Source: Octopus vulgaris (taxonomy: Eukaryota). From it: a DNA stretch of 64,000 bases. The first letter of the stretch is position 1, and every line of letters starts with the position of its first letter. The notes beneath the pieces were generated by a model, which saw only the letters and a program-made list of their open reading frames with translations, searched no databases and had not been told where the DNA came from. Below, piece after piece: positions 53,549 through 64,000 of this stretch. The position numbers and the translations under genes were made by a program. The stretch lies in contig OX597816.1 in NCBI GenBank assembly GCA_951406725.2, positions 9,920,001-9,984,000 of the forward strand, written 5' to 3'.

Positions 53549-54069
53549 TTTTTTTTTTCAGAAATGTAAATAAACCCAATCTGTTTCTTAAACAAAGGAC
53601 ATATTCATACGGCACAGAATGTTTTTTTTTACCTCTATTATTATAAAAATTTTGCTACGTTTAGAGCTAAATTAAAACTGTTTAAAAGTTAATAAAACTA
53701 CGAAGTATTAACACTTACATATTTTTTTAAACCTCGCGGATCATCCCTTGCCGAACTTAAAAGATTATCTTTACTATAGATGACGTAATACATAATTATT
53801 ACCTCCTTAATTGTCTTAAACAATATTGGTGACGTAATAAGCAAATAACTTTAATCATAAGCATTTCCAAATTTTTATAAATATTTTCTGATGGGAAGAC
53901 TTGATACTGCTCCATATTTATTTAAAATTTCAAGTCTCCCACCTGAACAACGATTGAAAGTTTTAACCAATTTACCATTATTGATACCCTTGTTTTATTA
54001 AATGTCTTAACAGTTTATTTATTCTGTACAAACATTTATTAGCATCATTAATAATAAGTACTATATCTG

Positions 54070-54283
54070 GTAAATAACGGACAGAGTCAAGACTATTGAA
54101 AAGGTTGCAAGACGCAACGAAAATTTTAGGAAAATAAAAATAAGAAATAAGAGGAAATTTTACCGGTGAGTGTGTTACATTATAAGGCACAAAAAGAAAA
54201 TGATTCTTCCCCAGACACAATAGAATATGCTTCAACACACGAACCCATATAAAGAATCTTGCAAACCAAATCCAAAAATGAGA
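54070..54283. mobile_element. Unclassified short insertion with 10-bp TSD
   Basis: actatatctg at 54060-54069 and 54284-54293; related sequence at 29560-29650. Confidence 0.75.
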
Positions 54284-54735
54284 ACTATATCTGACTATTT
54301 GCCCTGCAAAAACACCATAACCAATAAAAGGAATTCTACCACTGAATCATGGCATTAAAGACACTTGGAAACCACAATCTTCTGTTTTATTATAAATGTC
54401 AGTACATATTTCGTTATTATCCTTAATTACTAAATTGACATCTAAATAATTAATATTCCTTATATTGTTACCATTTCTTGGTGGCTAAAAGCTGACTAGG
54501 GTATAATTCTTCTGAGTAAAAATTCAAAGAAACAATAATTTGGTATAAATACATCATCTATGTATCTGCAGCATCCGTTAAGTTGTTTTAAGTATAACAA
54601 TCTCTTTCCTCGCATGTAGGTCTTTAAGAAAAAAGCAACTCGCATGAAGAAAGATAAAGGTCTGCCAACAGAGCGTTACAATTGCCCCCTATTGGAATTC
54701 CCCTAACACCCTACCCGCAAACAATACACGAATTA

Positions 54736-55121
54736 TCTTTATATATAAAAGTGAAGTTGTGTGTCTGTCTCCTATGATTTAGATTCCTAACTACTCCCAC
54801 ATTTTGCGGTGCAGTTTAACCAAAACCGGGTATCTTATAGTCGTGATTCATATCGAGCCCTTCTGGGTATTAGCGCGCGTCTACGATTTTAAAAATAATT
54901 TACCATAATTTTTTTCCATTTTAATGCATTTTTTCGCTATTATATAAGGGAAGTAACTCGCTAAAAATGTCTACGATGAGTCAACGATTAAAAAAAAAAT
55001 TTACCATAATTTTTTCCCCATTTTTAATGCATTTTTTTGCTATTTTTTGGCTATAACTCTCTTAAAATGCTTTATAGTTATTTCCCTTACAAACCCGAGC
55101 AACGCCGGGCGATACTGCTAG
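54736..55121 (+). mobile_element. Non-autonomous Helitron inside the Penelope-like RT
   Basis: A|TC...cccgagcaacgccggg...CTAG|T; internal duplication. Confidence 0.88.
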
Positions 55122-55829
55122 TTAATAATAAAACTAATCATTTCTGTCATCGTTCTTTTACTTATATTAGTATATCACTTATAAAAACAATTAGACAAGA
55201 AACCTTTACCATTCCTTAAAGATATACATTTATTTCCTTTTTTAAAAATATCTAATATTCAGAAAATACCATCTTACACACATTTAGGATTTAAGTTTGT
55301 ATATAGTGTCGAAAAATCATATACATACGTACTATTAACTTTCTTACATTTGACCAATCTTTCTAGAAATTTCTTGATCTAATACTCCAAAAATAATTAA
55401 TTCCTGAGCTGTTATAAATTTTCTCACAATATGTTTTAAAAATATGTTCTAACAACTTTTAAAGCACCATTAACCAATATAGTACTGTTACTAGCTCCTG
55501 CTATGAATCTACTTTTAAAAGAAACTTTATGTAACTTAAGAATGCAAAAAGGTTTAAGGATATTTTTACCCTTTTTTTCCACTTCTTAACCACTCAATCT
55601 TCTTCCTGTAAGTATAAGTCTATTAACTAACCCATTAACGTTTACTGGTATAACTTTGTATATGTTATTACCTATAAACTTAAATTCCTTATCCACTCCT
55701 AACTCTTTACCTACAACCATCATATAATATTTTTTTACAAATTACTACAAAATTCCCTGCAGCTTTATCTGCTTGTACTATTACATACTTTTTATGTAAT
55801 TCATTTATATATTCTTTAACTAGTGGTTT

Positions 55830-56022
55830 CTGCCCTCCGACTTTGCATTTGCCCTGGCTGAGTTCACTGTAGAAGAGCTGTTTTGGGATGCGAGTGTCGG
55901 ACATGCGGAAGACATGACCTGCCCATCTCAGCTGGGCCTTGCGCATGATCGTGATGGTGCTAGGGAGATCTGCCTGCTTCAGAACTTCCGTGTCTGGGAC
56001 TTTGTTCTGCCAGCGGATGTGA
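55830..56022 (-). mobile_element. RTE LINE internal fragment
   Basis: HIRWQNKVPDTEVL..QLRWAGHVFRM...RIPKQLFYSEL..G.CKVGGQ; flanked by agtggttt duplication. Confidence 0.85.
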
Positions 56023-56212
56023 AGTGGTTTATTCCAAACGGAATATTTCCCTGTCCATTTATATTTCTTGAAATGTTTAGCTACCATATAAGTTATTTTG
56101 CTAACCCAGCTATCGAACTCCTCCAATTTGACCTTATATTTGAGACTATGAAATCATTAATGGCTTTTAATATAACAGTGATTTTATTCACACACACGTG
56201 TATGTGTGTGTA

Positions 56213-56400
56213 TCTCTTATATAAAATCCCTTCCGTCTGTTGTCTGTGTGTGTGTGTATGTGTCTTCTAGGATCTCGGGCATCCTCCATCCGATTGCGCT
56301 CAAGTTTGATATGTAGATACCGCCGGTATCAGGGCGTGTATAAGTCTTGAAAAAATCGATTCCATGTGAGAATGCGATCTATAAAGCCGTTTTTGCCCTG
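56213..56400 (+). mobile_element. Possible 5' portion of a second Helitron-like family
   Basis: a|tctcttatataaaa start, (TG)n, ccgattgcgctcaagtttg; no 3' end found. Confidence 0.4.
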
Positions 56401-57099
56401 CTTTTCTTCTGACAACCTGTACCTAACTGCACCTTCCATCTTTTGCTGTTTTTGTACTGCTTAAAGGCACGTTTCTTTCCTGCCAAGCTTACTGTTTAAA
56501 CCATGTTTGTGTTCTCCCAGTCAACAGCCTTATCATTACAGGTACTTTAAACTCTTCGGTTGCATATTTGTGTGAATAAAATCGTTTTTCTTTGGAATAG
56601 AAAAAAAGTCTATCTTTATTTCTTCTTTTGCTGGTGTCTCAAATTTAGGTTAAATCAGTGTTTCTCAAAGGCAGGGGACTGTGGGATGGTTGGACAAGTT
56701 TTGAGAAAATTTGGTTTAAATGTTTGACAATTCAGCACCGTCCATTGGACGGGGGGGGGTGTTTTGCTCGTTCTTATATAAGAATCCATAAATTTAGAAA
56801 AATGGGAGTTCGTATATTTGTCAGTAGATATGGTATTTTTTTATTGTTTTACTTGTTTCAGTCATGTGACTGCGGCCATGCTAGTCATCATTATCACCTG
56901 ACTAATTTCACTAATGCCATATCATATGCTGAATAAACTCACAGAATTAATTTTTTCATGCTCTCACATGCAGAAACACCTTCTTAAGTACCATAAATGG
57001 TATGTCGATAACCATACCATGATATCTTCTCTGTTTAACAATATCTGAGTGGCCTCCCTTATATAGCAATCCCTCAACCTTTATCCTAATAAAATTTTG

Positions 57100-57335
57100 T
57101 AAAAAGCACCAACCAATCGTGGCCGTTTGCCAGCCTCGCCTGGCACCTGTGCCAGTGGCATGTAAAAAGCACCCACTACACTCACGGAGTGGTTGGCGTT
57201 AGGAAGGGCATCCAGCTGTAGAAACACTGCCAGTTCAGACTGGAGCCTGGTGCAGCCTCCTGGCTTCCCAGACCCTGGTTGAACCGTCCAACCCATGCTA
57301 GCATGGAAAATGGACATTAAATGATGATGATGATG
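57100..57335 (+). mobile_element. SINE-like family A
   Basis: Body and (gat)n tail. Confidence 0.87.
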
Positions 57336-58445
57336 TATTTACCTGTCAGATTCACACACTTATTGTAGTGGTCCTTCAGTTTTTCTAAGCCCTGTAAAAA
57401 AACTCTGAAGGTTTGTCCTCTAACCAGGTCTTTCGCAACACCCTTAAAATCAAGAACTTTTCAGCACTCACTTGTACAGTAATTAGATTAGATTATTTTC
57501 CTCCTAAAACAACTCATTTTCAAAAACCGGCAATGGAAAAGAAAAAATTTCTGTCTTTTCTGATGTTAAATGTTCACAATAACTGACATGAAGTTGTTTC
57601 AAAAGAAAACACATACCCACACAACTCACACACACACATTTCAACAGATACCAAACCATTTAGATAAACATGTTTTTAACATTTAACTTCTAACAAGCGA
57701 AAATTCAGTAAATGTATCTGGTTACTACAATATGACAATAAACTAATTCAATTATATTATAGTTAATTAACTAAATCAGCACAATATTGTTGTACATATA
57801 TTTATCATCTCTTGTAGAATTTAAATTTAATATTGTGAGTTACCTAACTAGATACAATTAAATATTAAGTCCAGTATTCTTGTAGCTCGGCTGACTAAAT
57901 TGAATATTTCCATAGTAAATTCTATTAAAATAAAAATTTTTAAACTCGTATCAGATATATTAAAGGAACCAGTGAACCATAAACCTGTTTTGTGAGTAAA
58001 TAATGAAATTTTGTTTGACAATTACTGAGTTTTGTGATGTGTTACGTTTCTTATGACTGTAGATTTTATTTTTACTAAGTTATTTCTGAAGAACTACATC
58101 TACATCTGTTGTAATAAGTGCAGTATCTGCTTAAATTATGTTGGTATTTCAAATTTAGTATACGTATATGTGTATGTGCGTGATCACACAGATACGCATA
58201 CACACACACATGCACATTTTTTACTTATTTCAGTCATTGGACTGAAGCCATGCTGCAGCACCGACTTGAAGAATTCTAGTTGAACAAATCGATCTCAGTA
58301 CTTGCTTTTTTCTGGTACCTATTCCATCAGTCTCTTTTACTGAACTGCTAAGTTACAAGGTCATAAACACACAACATTGATTGACCAGTGGTCATGGGTG
58401 ACAAACACACACACACACACACACACATAAACACACAAACACGAT

Positions 58446-58675
58446 GGCGAGCTGGCATAATCGTTAGCACGCCGGGCGAAATGCTTGGCAGTATTTCGTC
58501 TGCCGCTATGTTCTGAGTTCAAACTCCGCCAAGGTCGACTTTGCCTTTCATCCTTTCAGGGTCAATTAATTAAGTATCAGTTACACACTGGGGTCGATAT
58601 AATCGACTTAATCCGTTTGTCTATCCTTGTTTGTCCTCTCTGTGTTTTAGCTCCTTGTGTGTAGTAAAGAAGTAG
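58446..58675 (+). mobile_element. SINE family C nested in a diverged family B copy (58215-58835, -)
   Basis: Full C copy with B halves on both sides. Confidence 0.8.
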
Positions 58676-59377
58676 GTTTTCCTTTTAGTTTTCATCTACC
58701 AAATCCGTTGACAAAGCTGTGGTTGGCCTGAGGCCATAGTGGAAGACAATTGACCTAGCTGCCATGTGGTATGATGGAACCTGGAACCATGTGGCTGGGA
58801 AGCAAACTTCGTGCCACACACCCATGCCTGCACCTTATATATATTACAAGCTAGTGGAGGCTGTGTGGTTAAGAAGTTTACTTCCCAATCATATGGTTTC
58901 AAGTTCAATCTCATTGCATAGCACCTTGGTGAAATGTCCTCTGTTATAGCCCAGGGCCAACCGAAGCCGATGGAGTGGATTTGGTGGACAGGAACTGAAG
59001 ACACCACATGTGTGTACATGTGTGTCTCCTTGTTTTGACATCATTTGACATCACATGATAGTTGTAAATGAGTGCTGCTGTAATGCAAGCAATGGTTTCC
59101 TTCATTTTCGGTCTTTTACAAGAAACAAGGTTGGCCATGGTGAAAATATTATCTTGTTTGGAAATGTGAGGCTTGGTGATAGGAAGGAGATGTTGAAGAT
59201 ATATCAGGGATGAGGCAAGGCTGAGTGAACGGTGGCGAGGGGCGGGGGCTCAGAGAGTGTGACTGAGTCATTGGTTCGACAAGATTGGTAGAATGGTAGA
59301 TGGAGGGGGAAATGTAATGAGTGGGCAGAGGTAAGAGGAGGAGCTATTGGGAGAATATTGTGGAGAAGAGATTTAAT

Positions 59378-59602
59378 ATTTATTTCTTTATTGCCCACAA
59401 GGGGCTAAACATAGAGGGGACAAACAAGCACAAAGGGATTAAGTCGATTACATCATCCCCAGTATGTAACTGGTACTTAATTAATCGACCCCGAAAGGAT
59501 GAAAGGCAAAGTCAACCTTGGTAGGATTTGAACTCAGAATGTAATGGCAGATGAAATACCACCAAGCATTTCGCCTGGTGTGCTAACGAGTCTGCCAGCT
59601 CA
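59378..59602 (-). mobile_element. SINE family C
   Basis: Reverse-complement match. Confidence 0.87.
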
Positions 59603-60264
59603 CTTTCACATACACACTAGTATGTATCTGTGTATATATAATTACTTCTTCAGTTGCTTTACCCTGTTTTAATTAACCTATTTGTCTTTCAACTTCAGTC
59701 ATTCCTTTACCTAAAAAGTTAATCACGATCTGCATGTTCTGCCCCCGTCTTCACTCCCTTCTTTCAAGAATTTCAAAGGCTTGCTATTGGTATTTACCCA
59801 GTATCTTTTGCTGTTGATATGCATTGTATATGTATATATATATATATACACACACACATATAAATTTCTTCTACCAATTATTTTCAATACCATCAATATC
59901 CTGGCTCAGAATTTTCTTTAAAATCTCATCAATGCCTTTTCACTAATCATGAACTCTTTTTAATACTTTTGACTTTCTGTCCATTCCACAACTTCACCAT
60001 TTCTCTAATAGCAAACCAATTAACTGCTTGGCACTCATCTTTTACACAGTTCCAGCCTCTTTCATTTTCAGTAAATGACAACTTGTTTCTTACTTTTCTA
60101 ACTTTAATCATTATTTCTTCCAATATTATTTTTCTATACCTTAATTCTTCAAAAGGGTTATTTATTATTCCAAGTCCTTAACTTTTGATTGCTTACAGAT
60201 TGAATCTGTCCTTAAATCTTTCAAAATTTCAATTTTCTTTTTCTTATTCATCTCTTCATACTCT

Positions 60265-60297
60265 ACATACATATATGTGTGTGTGTGTGTGTGTGTG

Positions 60298-60350
<53 letters not shown>

Positions 60351-60655
60351 TACATACATACATACATATATACACACATATATACACGCAGATATATATA
60401 TACACACACACACATATATGTATATGTATGTATATATGTATGTATATATATATATATGTATATATATGTGTGTGTATATATATGTATATATATGTGTGTG
60501 TGTGCATGTATGTATATATATATGTGTGTATATATGTGTGTGTGCATGTATGTATATATATATGTGTGTATATATATGTGTGTGTGCATGTATGTATATA
60601 TATATGTATATATATATATGTATGTGTGTGCATGTGTATATATATATATATATAT
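60265..60655. repeat. Compound (TA)n/(TG)n/(CA)n microsatellite
   Basis: Directly visible. Confidence 0.95.
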
Positions 60656-61316
60656 TATAATTAAGGGCATGGAAAAAATTTTCTATACCTATATGCTAAA
60701 AGAAGACACTAAATCGTCTCACCAGTTTAAAAGTCACAAAAGCTACACACACATATATATATGTGTGTGTGTTCGTGTGTATTTCATTTACGCTCCTGGC
60801 AATCATTTGCTATAAGACCTTTATTCTGTCTCTTAATTTAAATTCTCATCGATCAAAACCTCATTGGAAATGACTTTCCTATCTACATTCATATATCTAA
60901 ACACTGTAATCTACTCTTATCTATCTACATTCATATATACCCAACCACCACAATAGAGTTTCATCGATCAACATCCACATCACCAAGTCCCTGTTATCTA
61001 CTCTCAATACATCTTGTAGAATCCTATTAATGTTTATAGTTGAAGAATCTTTGTTCATTTTCAATTTAAGCAACTTCTCTGCATCATTATTCTCCTGGGA
61101 TGAATTTAAAAGTTCTTTAGTCTGTTTTAGCCATCATTGGTCATACTGGAGCATTGCTTCACAGCTGGATGCTCTATTTCCTTTCTAAATAAGAAAGACT
61201 CTGTTATAACCATCATCATCCTCATCATTTATCATCCGTCTTCTGCTATGGTCTCACTAAAGCCTTGTGAGTGGAATTGGTAGACAGATACTGAAGAGAA
61301 GCCCATTTTATATATA

Positions 61317-62156
61317 CTCTTTACTCTTTTACTTGTTTCAGTCATTTGTCTGCGGCCATGCTGGAGCACCGCCTTTAGTCGAGCAAATAGGCCCCGGGAC
61401 TTATTCTTTGTAAGCCCAGTACTTATTCTATCGGTCTGTTTTGCCGAACCGCTAAGTGACGGGGATGTAAACACACCAGCATCGGTTGTCAAGCAATGCT
61501 AGGGGGACAAACACACACACACAAACATATACACACACTCTTATATATATATACATATATACGACAGGCTTCTTTCAGTTTCCGTCTACCAAATCCACTC
61601 ACAAGGCATTGGTTGGCCCGGGGCTATAGCAGAAGACACTTGCCCAAGATGCCACGCTGTGGGACTGAACCCGGAACCATGTGGTTGGTAAGCAAGCTAC
61701 TTACCACACAGCCACTCCTGCACCTATATGTATATATATATATATTTTTCATCAGTTTCAGCTTAAAGTTGTGGCCATGCTGGGGCACTGCCATTTTGCT
61801 ACACTGTTATGATCGAGAGCCTCCTCTGATATGTGGCATTTGGTGAATAAGGGAGTTTGATCTGAGTGTTTCATCACATTCTCCCCATATTTCATCTTTA
61901 CTTTTTCTGTGTTCTCCTCCATTATATCTCTTTTACTCGTTTCAGTCGTTTGACTGCAACCATGCTGGAGCACTGCCTTTCAGTTGAATAAATCGACCCC
62001 CGGACTTATTCATTGTAAGCCCAGTACTTATTCTATCTGTCTCTTTTGCCAAACTGCTAAGTTACAGGGACATAAACACATCAACATTGATTGTCAAGCG
62101 ATGGGAGAGGGACAAGCACAAACACACACACACACGCACGCACACACACACGCACG

Positions 62157-62199
<43 letters not shown>

Positions 62200-63140
62200 G
62201 CACACACACACACACATACACACACACACACATATGATGGGCTTCTCTCAGTTTCCGTCTACCAAATCCACTCACAAGGCTTTGGTCAGCCCCAGGCTAT
62301 AATAGAAGACGCTTGTCCAAGGTACCATGCAGTGGGACTGAACCCGGAATTCTGTGGTTGGGAAGCAAACTTCTTACCACGGAGCCACTCCTGCACCTGT
62401 TTTGGACAAGATTCTTTGTGGCCTTCTGTTGCTCATCTTTCAATTTATCGCTTCTCAGCCACTACTAATGTCTCTGATTTTTTTTATTATTGTCTTTTGT
62501 GTTGTTCATTTGTGTCAGATATTTTGTACTTTATCCTATGTTTCTTGATACTCATCTGTCTTGCCATTTGTGACTTATTTGACTGCTGACCAAATACAAA
62601 AAAAAATTACAGCAGATGGTCATTGCATTTCTGTTTTCATTAATTCTTTTATTCTTTTATTTGTTTCAGTTATTTTGATTGCAGCCATGCTGGAGCACTG
62701 CCTCTAGTCAAATAAATTAACCTTTGTAAGTCTAGTATTTATTCTATTGGTTTCTTTTGCTGAACTGCTAAGTTACAGGGATGTAAACACACCAACATCG
62801 GTTGTCAAGTGATGTTGGGGGTGTATGTCATCATCATCATCATTTAACATCTGCTTTCCATGCTAGCATGGGTTGGATGATTTGACTGAGGGCTGGCGAA
62901 CCAGATGGCTGCGCAGGCTCCAATCTGATCTGGCAGAGTTTCTACCAGGTGTGACAAACAGACACACGAATGCACACACACAATGGGCTTCTTCCAGTTT
63001 CCATCTACCAAATCCACTCACAAGGCTTTGGTCAGCCCGAGGCGATAGTAGAAGACACTTGCCCAATGTGCCACGCAGTGGGACTGAATGCGGAACCATG
63101 TGGTTGGTAAGCAAACTTCTAACAACGGAGCCACATCTGC
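61317..63140 (-). mobile_element. Three family B SINEs (61317-61725, 61928-62397, 62650-63140), the last with a family A fragment inserted
   Basis: Reverse-complement matches; family A at 62828-62946. Confidence 0.85.
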
Positions 63141-63409
63141 ATTCATAGTCTGTAGAAAATGGTCAAATTATACTTTTTTTCTCTGCTAGTGTTTCTTGTC
63201 AAATGACAGCTGACTTTGGAAGTCTGTACTTTTACCACCATGTGTACCAAGAAATGTGGCATACATACTTATAATAATCACATCTTTTATCGAATTTTTT
63301 GGTGCTTATACAAAATGTTGAAATGTTTTTAGATTTATTTGCATACATAACAAAAACTGTTTTCAACAATTTTTTGTTTATCAATAGTAAAACCCCCTTG
63401 TTTTAGCAT

Positions 63410-63662
63410 CTGTGTTGGTGACACATAAAAGCACCAACTGATCGTGGCCCTTTGCCAGCCTCCTCTGGCCCCTGTGCCGGTGACACGTAAAAAGCACCCA
63501 CTACACCCACGATGTGGTTGGCATTAGGAAAGGCATCCAGCTGTAGAAACCTTGCCAAATCAGATTGGAGCCTGGTGCAGCCTCCTGGCTTCCCAGACCC
63601 TGGTCAAACCGTGGAACCCATACTATCATGGAAAACGGACATTAAACGATGATAATGATGAT
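63410..63662 (+). mobile_element. SINE-like family A
   Basis: Body and (gat)n tail. Confidence 0.85.
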
Positions 63663-64000
63663 ACTAATTTACAAAGGAAAACTGTTTATTACCTTAAAAA
63701 AATAAAACGCATCTCTCATTTCTGTTACTGTTGTTAGGCAGTGGTGGTGGTCGTGGAGGGGACAGACACATTTGTATACTCATTTGTGTAAAACATCTAT
63801 GTCATTTATTCCCTCTCCTCTTCACTAACTATGAATCTGGCTCACCTTGTGTAGGCGTTCTTTTACTCTTCGCCTGCCACCAAACCTCATATATGACACT
63901 TGTCTTGCTCTTATTCTCTTAACTCTCACTGTATCTCTCTTTTACTCTGTCTCCTCCTTTCTCTATATAAGGTGGAATGTAACTGAAGAAATCAAAATTA

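Larger units (their letters stand above)
53900..56160 (-). pseudogene. Decayed Penelope-like element reverse transcriptase
   Basis: Motifs in order: VIVQADKAAGN..VICK, KLHK..KSRFIAGAS, YDFSTLYTNL, GIPIG..LLADLYL, RYIDD, IYNKTED..F, YGVFAGQIVRY, LIKQGY; stops, frameshifts and three insertions. Confidence 0.8.

Overview
AT-rich, repeat-dominated eukaryotic DNA; the SINE/LINE content and dense (TA)n/(CA)n/(CAT)n microsatellites suggest an octopus or other coleoid cephalopod (inference). No host protein-coding gene can be confidently identified, so this is probably a large intron or intergenic region; nearly all ORFs in the track are microsatellite or SINE artefacts. Supported content: at least five interspersed SINE-like families (working labels A-E), a young 5'-truncated R4/Dong-type LINE in a (TAA)n tract, CR1 and RTE fragments, three Tc1/mariner fossils, pogo- and piggyBac-type MITEs, three complete non-autonomous Helitrons and a decayed Penelope-like RT split by three nested insertions. 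The most interesting signals are RNA-structural: a ~260 bp near-perfect palindrome next to a minimal type I hammerhead ribozyme fold (43.1-43.5 kb), a tRNA-like head joined to a hammerhead-like tail (6.35-6.56 kb), a third degenerate hammerhead-like motif (30.3 kb), and a SINE/CR1 pair sharing a 3' stem-loop with compensatory changes. Repeat boundaries were read by eye and are approximate unless TSDs or termini are quoted.
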